A DNA stretch of 64,000 nucleotides from Zygnema circumcarinatum SAG 698-1b (GCA_037447605.1 CM074812.1:1860001-1924000); one strand, 5' to 3'. Numbered from the stretch's first letter, positions 34,612-47,470 are shown. Made by a program: numbers and translations. The notes: generated by a model from the sequence alone, not told the origin.

Positions 34612-36761
34612 GGAACTGAACGAAACGGAAAACGGTTGGAAGTTGAGAAGATTAAAGGTGAGGGAAGGGAGATGAAGGCGTTCTTTTTCCTTCTTTCTAT
34701 TTATTTATAAAAAAAAAAAAAAAATTTGGGGAGAAGGATGGGAAGATTACTGTCCTTCAAAATGAGTATGTCGACAGAAAGTTTACATATAAGGGGTTTT
34801 TTTTTTCTTTTTATTGGTTTTAAGGGGAAAGGTGGGGCTGAGAGTGAAACCTTCAAAACCCTAACCCTAAATTCACGCTCCTGCAGCCCGCTCGCTCGCC
34901 CGGAGGGGGCGCAAAGGAAGGAGAGGAGAGGGCAAACCCTAAAACGGTTCTATGCCGGCAGCTGCTGGCATATGTTTCGATACTCCTGCCATGTTCGCTG
35001 TTACAGTTCCAGTTCCAGTTCCAGTTCTAGATTTCGAGTTGGGCCAAAGTCTAGGCCTTTCTCCCTTCTGCCCTTCTCCATGGTTAGCTAACTTGAGCCC
35101 TTTAGCCAGCAAAGGTCTACGAAAATTGGTCAGTCGTTTTTAGTCAAACTGTTCAACTGTGAAAAAGATGGCTATTTACTTTAGCTAACTCGAGCCTTTT
35201 AGCCAGATCAGCTCTTGCGAAATTGATCAGTCGATTATAGTCAAGCCAGTCAATAGTGAGAAGCTGCATTGGTTGACCAGAGGCAGACAATGATTAGCCA
35301 GTCAGTCACGCGGAAGGCGAACGTTGCGGCGGACCCGTGCGGCCTGTCGGGCGGCCGCGGACACGTGGCAGCCGTCACGACAGGTGGCAGCCAGCTGTTT
35401 TTCCGGCAAAGACCGACTTTGACCCGCCTTGACCGTGTCGGAAAAACCCGCGGGGCCAAACCCAGCCCGGTTTTTGCTGTCAAATGTGGCCTTTGGTGAC
35501 GCCATGAAACAGATACAAATAACGTTTTGACGCTTGTTAGTGCATATAGATTGATACGTGTACAGTCCTGCAAGTGCCACTTATTCAATGTGACGTCATA
35601 CCCATGTCTATGAATTGAGATCTGGCTGTTCAACACATTTCGTCGCTGCTGAACGGGCACGGAACCGAGAGACCAAAATGTACGGACGAGGCTTTAACGG
35701 CTCCATTTGGAGAGCTGAGGCTGCGATCGCGGGATCTGTGCCGTCGAGTGCGGGCAGCATGCCACGTGGCGCTGAGGGGACTTTTGACCGATGAGGACCC
35801 TGCAGTGTCAGTGGAAGGGGGAGAGGTGGGAGAGGGAGTCAGGGAGGAGGTGAGGGAGTGGGAGAGAGAGAGGGGGAGGGAGTGAGTGATCGGACGGTCC
35901 TGCGAGCGTTTTGGAGGTAAGTTGAAACCTGCTGCCTTTCAGTGTGAACTCTTGCCCTCTCGCTCTCTCACACACTCTCTCCCTCTCGCTTGTTTCTCCT
36001 CTCTCGCCCTCGTCCTCCTTGGCCAACTGTATTTGGCTATTGGCTCAGAGTTTGAATCTGCGATTATTCTAAATGGAGAAAACCCTAAAAGAGTTTTTTT
36101 TGCATGGTAGGAGGGAGAGGAAGGCAGGGGAGAGTGAGAGGGAATGGAAGGAAGGGAGAGGGAATGGAAGGAAGGGAGAGAGAGAGGAAAGGGAGGGGTG
36201 AGCAGATGTAGGGGAAATGCTGGAAGGAGGGACAGGAGAAGGGAGAGAGCGGAGAGAGAGAGAGAAAGGGGGGGGGGGGGATGAGGGTAGAGTAGAGAAG
36301 ATTGAAATTGGAGAGGGAGGGAGGGTGGAGTGCCAGGAAAGTATAGTAACAAAAAAGTAGAAATTGAAGAAGTAATATTTGTATTGTTCGAGGATACAGC
36401 ACAGCCTCTGTTACAATTACAGCTACTGTTACAGTTACAGTTACAGTTCAGTTTATGCTCCTAGGAACGGAACAATCTCACATGGAAGCCCTTATCTTCT
36501 CAGGAACTAAGCTTCTCTCTTCCTTTGGCGCTGTCTGTGGGTGGATCCAGATCAACCTCAAAGGTTACTTTTTCGGTTGATCAGATTTTGATCTCATCTT
36601 CACTCCAGGAAATGCGAAAGCGACCGCTGAACTTGGACACTTGCTGCTATTCAGTTATTTATTCAAATTGAAAATCGAACGCGACGTAGTGTCAACGGAG
36701 AGAGGGAGCCCATCGTCCTCGGACTTCAATTTTTATTCTGATTTCTTTGGTTCACTACAAA

Positions 36762-39583
36762 ATGGAAAGGCTTTCTTCGGCGAACCTTGTGCTGCTCAAT
36801 TTTCTGGTCGCCGTGGCACTAAGTTTTCCCGGTTTGGCTGCTGCCCAGGTGAGGATAAAGGAAAGAAAGATATTTGCTGCACAAAAGCTGCTTGCTGCTT
36901 GTTGCTTGCATTATGGTTTTTACGAAAAAGTTCATGGATAAATTGTGAATACAAAGTACGTTAACACGGGACTGGTTACGGAAACGTTAGGGTTGAAAAT
37001 TAGGGATTTAAATTTCACCTCTTCTGCATTGTGCCCGTCTTGCGGACTCCTGTTAACTAAACGTTCAACCTTCTCCCTCTCCCTCTCCCTCTCCCTCTCC
37101 CTCTCCCTCCCTCTCCCTCTCTCCCTCCCTCTCCCTCTCCCTCTCCCTCTCCCTCTCCCTCTCCCTCTCCCTCTCCCTCTCCCTCTCCCTCTCCCTCTCC
37201 CTCTCCCTCTCCTTCTCCCTCTCCCTCTCCCTCTCCCTCTCCCTCTCCTCTCCCTCTCCTCTCCCTCTCCCTCTCCCTCTCCCTCTCCCTCTCCTCTCCC
37301 TCTCCCTCTCCCTTCCTCCCTTCCTCCCTCCCTTCCTCCCTCCCTTCCTCCCTCCTTTCAAACTAGTGTTTCAAATCTTCCCTATACTGACCCTCCCATC
37401 GTATTCCCCCCTCCTCCCAGACCCCTGCTCCGGTGTACAACAAAGACACCGACGGCAAAGCTTTGCTTTTCCTCAAGAACAATGTTGTGGACAGCAAGGG
37501 GGCCACTCTCAATTGGACGAATACGGACCTTGTGTGCGAATGGAGCGGAGTTGAATGTGTGGGAGATCGAGTAGCGAGCATAGTATTGGAAGATGCAGGC
37601 TTAGTGGGGACTTTTCCGAACAACTTTGTTCCCTTAACCAACTTACAGAGGTTCGTTGTGACCGGAAATAACTTGACCGGAGCGATCCCAGCAACTCTCA
37701 CATCATGCATTTCTCTCGCAATTTTGGACCTTTCGGATAATTTGTTGACCGGGGAGATTCCTAGCAGTCTCGGAAGTCTGAAGGGGCTCACTTACCTCTC
37801 TCTGAAAGGGAATCAGTTGACGGGAGAAGTTCCCACTCTCACTTTCAACTTCTTAACTCATTTCGACATTTCGGAAAATACTCTTGTCGGAAATCTTCCC
37901 TCAACTTTATCTCAAAGTCCGCTCACAGACTTGTACGTGAACAACAATGAGTTTTCGGGATTCCTCCCCTCTGACCTAATTTTGGGTCTCTCACAAACCG
38001 TAATTTCTCTCGACTTTTCGAACAACAGATTTTCAGGAATCGTTCCGGCAGCTTTCGGAAACTGCACCAATTTAACTTCTCTTTATTTGAGCAATAACTT
38101 GTTAGAGGGAGCCCTTCCTTCTAGACTCCCTTCCTCCTTGACAACTCTTCACCTTTCAGGAAACCGACTGAGTGGGAGTCTCCCTCTCTCCCTCACCAAC
38201 AGCTCCACTCTCACTGAAATCGATGTATCCCAAAATTCCTTCTCTGGAAGCTTCCCAAGATTCTGTGGCGGAGATTATTCTCCCCTTGAAAAATTTTACG
38301 CATCATTTAACAACATGTCAGGAACGATTCCCACAAGTCTTTCAAACTGCCAATCTCTTCAAGAACTCGATTTAAGTCACAATTTTTTATATGGGGTTCT
38401 CCCAACCCTCTGTCAGCCGAGCTTACTTATTTTTAACGCAAGTGACAATTTTTTGACCGGAGGGTTTCCTTCAGATTTGAGCAAATGTTCGAGTATTTCT
38501 GAAATTATTTTGAGCCGAAATAATTTGACAGGTCCCCTTTCCTCTGCCCTCAGCTCCCTCCCTTTCCTCTCAGTTCTGGATTTGAGCAATAATCAAATTG
38601 CGGGTGGAATTCCGGCCAAATTCTCCAATTTTCCGAGCCTCTCATTTATCGATTTATCGGCCAATAATTTGGACGGAATCATTCCAAAATTGACTTTTAA
38701 TTCAAGTAGTGAAACTCTTGAGCAGATCAACCTGTCACACAATCGATTTTCAGGCGCAATTCCTTCAGTTTTTCCCACACTTCTTGAATATGCTCTTTCA
38801 ATTTTGGACCTCGGATACAATGAGCTCTCGGGAGGATTATCCGACGCATTCAATGCCAATGTTTCTGTCGCATATTTGGGATTAAACAACAACAAATTAT
38901 CCGGAAATTTAGTTCCCCTCGACATTGTGGATATTACTCTGCTCGATCTCTCATCAAATTTCTTTTATGGACCTCTCCCTGATATGCCTTTAAGACTGGA
39001 GGACCTCAGAATCAACAATAACAGCTTTTCTGGTGAACTTCCGATTCAGATTACGAATCTGACCCTCTTAAAATCGATCGATTTATCGGAAAACAAGTTC
39101 ACTGGAGCCATTCCTCCGGAAATCCGGCATTTGGATCAACTCGTTTACCTTAATTTTTCTTCTAATCTCCTTTCCGGGGAGATTCCCACTGAGCTCGGAA
39201 CTCTGGTTGATCTTCAACTTCTTGATCTCTCCAAAAATAGCCTCTCGGGAGCCCTCCCTCCCTCTCTCTCGGATCTCGCCCTACTAAAAAATTTCAGCGT
39301 CGCTGAAAATCAATTAACTGGGGCAATTCCTGGGGGTGCCCTTCAATTTTTTCCGACCGAAAGTTTTATTAACAATACTGGCCTTTGTGGGTCTCCCCTC
39401 CCTGACTGTTCTGGAGGAATTGGGGGGCCCATAATTGGAGGAATTGGAAGTCCCCCTCCCCCAGGAGCAGCTCCCTCTCCCTCAGGGACGGAACGGCGGT
39501 GTTCAGTGATGCAGTTTCAGTTTCTGTTACAGGTCACGGTAGCGGCCGCATCTGTGTTACTTTTGGGGGTCCTCTTTGGGTGA
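36762..39583 (+). CDS. Extracellular leucine-rich-repeat protein (receptor-like, no kinase), probable GPI anchor, 2 exons
   Basis: Signal-peptide exon 36762-36848 (MERLSSANLVLLNFLVAVALSFPGLAAAQ) splices to 37421-39583. It encodes an N-cap (ALLFLK..W..CEWSGVEC), about 25 plant-type LxxLxLxxNxLxGxIP repeats, a C-cap (FINNTGLCGSPLPDC), a Pro/Gly spacer and a terminal hydrophobic stretch with no cytosolic tail. Confidence 0.93.
37072..37350 (+). repeat. (CTCTCC)n-dominated pyrimidine microsatellite in intron 1 of the LRR gene
   Basis: A long near-perfect hexamer array followed by three CTCCCTTC-type units. Confidence 0.9.
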
Positions 39584-40586
39584 GGGAGGGAAGGCGAGGA
39601 GGAGGTGATGGAGGGGGAGGGTGTTCCATGTGGGATTCCGTTCCATCACGGAGCTCGATCAGTTTAATGGCTTCCAGAGCACGTCTGTTGTTCTCCATTT
39701 GGAACTACTGCATCCGCTGTGAAGGAGGTACTGGGAAAGGCGTAAAGGGAGATGCAAGTCTGTTTGAAGTTTTTTTTAGCATTTAGGGTTTCGAATTTCG
39801 ATCCAGAACTGGCGAAGTTTTAGAAGGGCGTGTTTGAAGAAGGAGCCGACAGTTGGAATTATTTTTTATTTGGTTTTCATCCCGAGGGGGGGAGAGATGA
39901 GAGTAGAGCGTTGAGAACCGGAATAAGGCGAAGGCTGAAAGGCTGTCTCTATCATAAAAGTGAGGCTCTAGGGTTTCAGGATTAGGACGTAGGATTTATG
40001 GTTTAGGATGTTGAGTAGACATGGCGAGAATTTGGCTGTGTGGTTCACGTGGATGTGACGCTGCCAAACTTTGGGATCTGGGGAGGGATTTTGACCAGAT
40101 TTAGGGCTTTCATAGATGTGGTTTGTGGAATAACTTCCAAGGTTCCAAGCTGGCATTTTGTTGTTTGTATAACATTTCCTCCATGGGTTACTTGCGTCTG
40201 TCACGCGCTTGCTCCCTCTCCCTCCCCTTCCCCCTCCCACTCCCCCTCCCCCTCTCAGCTTTGCTCTCCATAATGATACGCTGTTAATCCTCAGCACCTG
40301 AGCAAATGTGAGTTAATTGAATTGAATTTAATTGAATTCAGTTTGGTAGTTTGGTTAAAAAGTGTTATAACTAAAATCTTTAATTTTCTTTTTTCTTAAA
40401 AACCATTTTGGTGATACTGTACGGTAAACCACTTTGCGAAAATCTGAGTCTAATGACACGCCCTGGTTGTGAGTAAAGTGATTACTACTTTGGAATTGGC
40501 AAGATTGCACAGGTCGGACCATTGGATTGCCAACCATTGGCCAACCATTGGATGGCAATACCAATTGGATACACTTTAACAGATCC

Positions 40587-43500
40587 TCACTCCTGACCTC
40601 CCCCCACGTCCCATCGCGCTACTGCTGCCTCTAATGTGCGCCTCTCTCCCTTCCTAAGTCTCAACACCAACTCTCTCTCCTTCTTCAAAGCTCTCTTTAT
40701 TCCCTCCTCACTCTCTCCACTCCCAACCCCCAACCCTAATCCCGCCGGAGCCCCTCCCCCCCCCTCTTCCTGAGTCTCCCCATTCTCCCAAGTCTCATCT
40801 ATGTCCTTCAAAAACTCTTTACACATTGTCACCAAAATCTTGGATTCGCTCGTTGTGAGTCCAACCCCCACAATTTTCTCTCCTTCCCCCTCCTTCCCAT
40901 TCTCCTGCAACGTCTCGCCTTCTTTTTGCTCCTCTCCCTCTCCTCTCTCACCCTCCTTGCTTCCCTGCTTCACACTTTCCGCCAAAGACAACGCTGCTTC
41001 TGCAAACTTCTCCGTCTCCTTCAACTGCTCCCCTTCAGCCATGGCTGCCTTCTCTTTGAGCTGAAGAGCTGTGGCTTCTGCTCTCTCTGCTATCACCTCT
41101 CTCATTGTCTTCATAACAGCTGCATCGTCCTCCATAGCCGCAACCTTAAGCCACTTGGCGAGGTCCAAAGAAGGGGACCCGTCCCAAAAGAGATCGAGAA
41201 GTGCCTTCGGTTTCACCTCCAGCCATTTGAGAAGAGCAAGCTGCTTCCAATAATAGCAAAAAGAGGTAACATTCAAATTTCTAAAGCCATGGGAAGACCA
41301 TAAAGATTCTCGGGTTTCAATTTAAGGTGATATTCGAATTCGTGAAGAGGCCAAGAGACATCCTTATACCACCGTTTCTTTCAAAAACTATCCATCCAAC
41401 TCGACATACGAACTAATGAGAAGAGAAGGAAGAATAGAGAGAGATACGAGAGCGTGTGAGAGAGGAGAGAAAGGTGATCGAGAGAGAGAAGAAACTGACT
41501 CATTGTGGAGGTTTTGGTCATACCTTTTTGGTGTAGAGTGGATCCGAAGATGGCAAATCCACTCGCAGTCTGCACGACAGGTGGCAAATCCGACGGCACA
41601 GATCAGCTAATACCAAGATTCTGATATCGCATCATCTCAAGGAGGAGGATGAATAAAACTAACAACCCCCATTTTCTGGAAGTGAACACAAGCTCTGATG
41701 TAAAAGACAACGAAAAAGGCATGGCTGCTTACCTAATCCGGTCAACAAAATTTTGAGATGGAAGGAATCCTGCATACAGAAGGTACAAAATGTTCGGTCG
41801 AGTGCCATAGGATATGTAAATCTGCAAGGAAAGGAAAGGACCCTCTTTGTCAGAAGTCAGAACTATCACCAGCCATCCATTCCTTTGAAATCTGAACAAG
41901 AAGAGAAAGAGAAATTAAATGCATAAAACACAAAAACCATCTTGAAAGTGTTCACACCTGACTCCCAGGCAAGAAAGCTCGTTTTGCCGTTACTTCCATA
42001 ACCTTCGTCCCGAAGTCGAAATGGGTAGTCAAAGCTCCCTCCTGCAGTACACGAAACGTTACAACCGTTTACTAAAAGAAGACATAATTATTAAAAAGGT
42101 CAAATTACAGCAAGACTCTACATATAGCGACTCTTCAGAAAAGTTGAATTTCAACAATTAGGGTTTGACCAACCTCATGATTGAACATGTCTAAAAGCGG
42201 AACAAGCGCCATTGCATACTCCTCTCCCAACGGAACTCGATTCTGCCTCATCATCACCATCTGTAGCAGAAAAAGAGGATTACATACACCCCCAAACGAG
42301 GATTACAAACTGTGTTTATGTACGAATAAGAGTAAAAAAGCAGTCGAGTTGCATACAGGTCTCGCCCTTCGTCAGTCGAACTGTCTCACATTCTTTCTCA
42401 ATGTTTGTTGCTTTTTTAAGGTTTCGAAAGTGGCACAATTTTAGGGTTTGGAGAAAGGGGAAGAGGGAGACTGACCGACACCGCCCATCGGAATTCCACA
42501 AAAGTGAACCATGACAGAGCTCGGCCAATAGCAGGGCAGGAAGGTGCCAGCTGTCGCAACGCGATTCGCATGTGGCAGTACTGCTTGGCGATGCTCGCCA
42601 ACATTTTATGATACTCTGCAAGGGCCTGTTTTCACACTCTCCACAAAATGGGGACAATGTCAGCATAAAAAGACCACTCGGTATTCCTTGTAATCTTACA
42701 TTTTCAAGCAAAAAAAAAATCAAAAGTTTTTGAAGTTTCAGGCCTACCGAGGTTCCTCTAAGCATCTCGATCGTTTCCATGCTGTTCCCACCCTCCCAAG
42801 AAAACCCTAATGCTCTCAGAAGTGCAGGGATATGGTCTCCCTCACTCTCCCTCTCTCCCTCCCTCTCTCCCTTTCTCCCTCTCTCTCCCTCTCTCTCCCT
42901 CTCTCCCCTCTCTCCCCCTCTCTCTCCCCCTCTCTCTCCCCCTCTCTCCCCCTCTCTCCCCCTCTCTCCCTCTCTCCCTCTCTCCCTCTCTCCTCTCTCC
43001 CTCTCTCTCTCTCGCTCTTTCTCTCTCTCTCACTCTCTGTTAACGATTTCTCCAAAGCCAAATCAACATCAGCAGCTGTATATTTATTTAGCCTCTCGCC
43101 ATACCTGAATGCGAGAGGAAGCAAAATTTGATCGGGACCGTCCACATTCATCTCATGGACACTCCGTTGACCAGGCAGCGACTCTATGTATCCTCGCCAT
43201 ATCGATGGGGTTTCCGTTGGCCGGAACTGAATCACGAAGCATGTAGCAGCCGCCGCCCGTTAGCTCGCATATCTTCTAATATCACTCCATATAAAAAAAA
43301 ACTGCAAAATTTTAACAAAAGTAAAAAAAAACACGTCGTGCTATAAAGGTTGAGATGCTGAATTACTGTCTCCATGAAACCCGATAAATTGTCACACTTC
43401 AGGACATAAACAAGCGGAAAAGTCTTAGTGTAAAAGTGTAAAAGTGAAGAAGTGAAAAAAAGTACCTTTTCAAAGAGTAGATGCATGGCAAGAACGAGAG

Positions 43501-44543
43501 AAGGCACTGCTCGAAACCACGGATCGTGAGCTGCAAGTAGCCCCACATCTTCCTGAAAATATTTACAATAGTAGCCCCCACCAAAACGAAAATGTATTCA
43601 GCAAAAGAACCTTTCGCTGAAAAAGAAACGCACTAACAAAACACGCTATCGAGAAAAGGAGGACAGCGAAATTCTGTTTTTTAGGGCAGGTTGTTCAAAT
43701 GAAGTGGTGGGTTTGTCTGCTTACCTTGGAGCTGATGGCAGTGAGAGTGGTCATCATAACGCTGGTGGGAATGGTTGCCAAAATTTCTCCCTCAGAAATT
43801 TCTTTTGTGGCGATCACTCCCGAACCTTCCGGAAGATTCTCCTCGAACCGAAATCCGTCTGTCTGAAAGAAGAAACTCAACAAGCGTTGTAAAGCGGAGA
43901 GTTCGATAAGCAAAGCATAGATTGAAAAAAAAAAAAAAAAAATGGGGTACTGGATAAAAAGCCCCGACGTCTCGGCCCGCAAAATTACGAGGCATATCGA
44001 AGAATGTTGTCGCATAAAAGCAGAAATTAAGCACGTAAAATAGTTCAGATAGCTAAGGAATCACCTGAATTCCATGTTGAGCGAGCCAATTTGAAAGAAC
44101 TTTCATTCGAGAAGCTGCATCTGAAGCAGTTCGGCTTCGACTAAGGGGCCGCTCATGCTTTTGAACCTGCACAACAAGATTGAAACAAGAAGAAAGAAAT
44201 TGAGAGAAGATAACTACCGAATCTACAAATACAGACCAGGTTCAGTATGGGCCTAATAGAAGCGTGAGGTTCAAAGAATTCAACTTCATGCATTACAGCG
44301 AAGGTCGGAACAAAAGTACAGCAAAATTAGAGGTGGAAGGCAGAACCTGACCTGCACAAGAAGGCGGTGAATTGCGCGAATTGCGGCCAAATGGTCGACC
44401 TTCTCTGCATCGACGAGATCGAGCGGTTTGTACACGCGCTGGAAAAGGTCGGTAACGAGGCCGTCCAACACAGCGGCTGCACATGGAAACAGAAACTCAG
44501 ACAGGACAGGTGGCATTGTGATAATTGCCTACCTTTCCCTCTA

Positions 44544-44589
<46 letters not shown>

Positions 44590-46139
44590 NNNNNNNNNNT
44601 CTCTCTCTCGCTCTTTCTCTCTCTCTCACTCTCTGTTAACGATTTCTCCAAAGCCAAATCAACATCAGCAGCTGTATATTTATTTAGCCTCTCGCCATAC
44701 CTGAATGCGAGAGGAAGCAAAATTTGATCGGGACCGTCCACATTCATCTCATGGACACTCCGTTGACCAGGCAGCGACTCTATGTATCCTCGCCATATCG
44801 ATGGGGTTTCCGTTGGCCGGAACTGAATCACGAAGCATGTAGCAGCCGCCGCCCGTTAGCTCGCATATCTTCTAATATCACTCCATATAAAAAAAAACTG
44901 CAAAATTTTAACAAAAGTAAAAAAAAACACGTCGTGCTATAAAGGTTGAGATGCTGAATTACTGTCTCCATGAAACCCGATAAATTGTCACACTTCAGGA
45001 CATAAACAAGCGGAAAAGTCTTAGTGTAAAAGTGTAAAAGTGAAGAAGTGAAAAAAAGTACCTTTTCAAAGAGTAGATGCATGGCAAGAACGAGAGAAGG
45101 CACTGCTCGAAACCACGGATCGTGAGCTGCAAGTAGCCCCACATCTTCCTGAAAATATTTACAATAGTAGCCCCCACCAAAACGAAAATGTATTCAGCAA
45201 AAGAACCTTTCGCTGAAAAAGAAACGCACTAACAAAACACGCTATCGAGAAAAGGAGGACAGCGAAATTCTGTTTTTTAGGGCAGGTTGTTCAAATGAAG
45301 TGGTGGGTTTGTCTGCTTACCTTGGAGCTGATGGCAGTGAGAGTGGTCATCATAACGCTGGTGGGAATGGTTGCCAAAATTTCTCCCTCAGAAATTTCTT
45401 TTGTGGCGATCACTCCCGAACCTTCCGGAAGATTCTCCTCGAACCGAAATCCGTCTGTCTGAAAGAAGAAACTCAACAAGCGTTGTAAAGCGGAGAGTTC
45501 GATAAGCAAAGCATAGATTGAAAAAAAAAAAAAAAAAATGGGGTACTGGATAAAAAGCCCCGACGTCTCGGCCCGCAAAATTACGAGGCATATCGAAGAA
45601 TGTTGTCGCATAAAAGCAGAAATTAAGCACGTAAAATAGTTCAGATAGCTAAGGAATCACCTGAATTCCATGTTGAGCGAGCCAATTTGAAAGAACTTTC
45701 ATTCGAGAAGCTGCATCTGAAGCAGTTCGGCTTCGACTAAGGGGCCGCTCATGCTTTTGAACCTGCACAACAAGATTGAAACAAGAAGAAAGAAATTGAG
45801 AGAAGATAACTACCGAATCTACAAATACAGACCAGGTTCAGTATGGGCCTAATAGAAGCGTGAGGTTCAAAGAATTCAACTTCATGCATTACAGCGAAGG
45901 TCGGAACAAAAGTACAGCAAAATTAGAGGTGGAAGGCAGAACCTGACCTGCACAAGAAGGCGGTGAATTGCGCGAATTGCGGCCAAATGGTCGACCTTCT
46001 CTGCATCGACGAGATCGAGCGGTTTGTACACGCGCTGGAAAAGGTCGGTAACGAGGCCGTCCAACACAGCGGCTGCACATGGAAACAGAAACTCAGACAG
46101 GACAGGTGGCATTGTGATAATTGCCTACCTTTCCCTCTA

Positions 46140-46185
<46 letters not shown>

Positions 46186-46195
46186 NNNNNNNNNN

Positions 46196-46241
<46 letters not shown>

Positions 46242-46778
46242 CTCTCTATCTCTATCTCTATCTCTATCTCTCTCTATTTCCCCCTCAAGTCTTCAACCCC
46301 CCTCCCTCTCCTAGCTCGCCTCTCTCAATCATTCTCTCCTTCGCTCCGCTCTGCCTCAGTCAACCCCCTACCTTCTCCCAATCGGATTTTATCCTCCACT
46401 TCTGCTCTATCATTCTCCCCCCCTTTCTTCTCCTCGTTTCACCAAACTCCCTCCACTCCCCACCCACTCTCTCACTCTTCCTCACTCGTCGTTTCCCTAG
46501 TCTCCCCCTTCTATCCTCTCCTCTATTTCCACATTCCCATCACCTCTATCCCGCGTCTCCCTCTCCTCACCATTCCTCCTTCACATTCCTCTCCCTCTCT
46601 ATCCATCCCCTCTCCCTCTCTCTCTCTCCCTCTCTCTAGCTCAAACACCCCACCAACGACTCAAGCAACCAAAAAGCACACAGTCAAGAGCTGCATCCTT
46701 ACAGGATTTGTCCTTCTTCTTCGCGACTCCTCCTCCATCTCCGCCTCCCCCCCCCGCTCCCTTCCTCGCCGGCGCCAT
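40587..46778 (-). CDS. SET-domain protein methyltransferase with Rubisco-LSMT substrate-binding-type C-domain, SETD3-like; exons 2-6 appear twice in the assembly
   Basis: ATG at 46778 (MAPARKGAGGG...). Spliced motifs: LSNWLAQHG, GSGVIATKEISEGEILATIP, WRGYIESLP, FTFVEFRWAVSMVMMRQNRVP, ALVPLLDMFNHE, LTTHFDF, IYISYGTRPN..LYAGF, RVDLPSSDPLYTKK. Final exon about 41242-40587. The run RWAVSxVMxRQN...YGTRxN follows SETD3 closely. Confidence 0.88.
43004..46185. repeat. Apparently identical 1,586-bp tandem duplication (43004-44589 and 44600-46185), 1,596-bp offset, probable assembly artefact
   Basis: The ORF track repeats exactly at +1596 (e.g. 43695/45291, 44286/45882), and an 18-A homopolymer has the same length in both copies. 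Each copy ends in (TC)n followed by a 10-N gap. Confidence 0.95.
44590..44599. other. Scaffold gap placeholder (10 N); others at 11462-11471, 46186-46195, 48752-48761, 49605-49614, 57336-57345
   Basis: Uniform 10-N runs, mostly within microsatellite or purine/pyrimidine tracts. True gap sizes are unknown. Confidence 0.99.
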
Positions 46779-46790
46779 GCTTTCAGGAGG

Positions 46791-47050
46791 CGCCACGTGG
46801 CAGTCAAGAAGCTCTTCCCTCCATGGCGGCCCCTATTGCCTTTTGGTTCAGCGTCGCCGCTGAGCCCTAAAAAGTACAATGGTGACATCCAATGCTGGAT
46901 CGCCACGTGTACCATGTTGCCTACGTTGCGCGTCAAGATTGGATGATGCATGACTGTGTTGACAGCGTACTGCAATCCAAATCCATTTCGTTGGCCACGT
47001 GTCAAGAATGAACCCATCACAGTCTGCCACGTGGAGAAGATATGACGTGG
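46791..47050. promoter_or_regulatory. G-box cluster immediately upstream of the SETD3-like ATG
   Basis: CACGTG at 46794, 46904, 46996 and 47028, plus TGACGTGGC at about 47043. Confidence 0.5.
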
Positions 47051-47470
47051 CAGCCCATGACTGGATCACGCTTACAGGGTAGCCCCTTCAATTTTGCAGC
47101 CGTGGGAAGGCCCCTTCCCGCCGCATTGGATCAACGATTGGCAACGGTTGGCAGCAAAGCGATTCTCGCGCCCCCCCCCCCCCCCAACAATGCCTACCAT
47201 GGTTGCGAGCCATTGGCCGGGCAACCATTGCCATCCAATGGTTGTCCAATGCTTGACGATCCCATGGTCCCTCCGCCTCTGTCACTCGCGAGCCTGCCTG
47301 CCCATCCCATGGCCACCATGCGCATGCGCATGTGCATGATGACTCCGCACCATGCCATGCCATACCATTCCATGGGACATTCACATTGTCCCGTCCGTTC
47401 ACATCGCATGTTGTTGGTAGGACCTAGGACCTTGGACCTAAGCCTGCCCGCTGCGCGCACGTCCCAGCGC

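Noticed and set aside
36945-37574. 209-aa (LP)n ORF upstream of the LRR exon
   Set aside because: It is a translation of the (CTCTCC)n intron. The real N-terminus is the signal-peptide exon 36762-36848.
45963-46946. 327-aa plus-strand ORF
   Set aside because: It is antisense to SETD3-like exons 1-2 and intron 1, runs through (TC)n and an N gap, and is low complexity.
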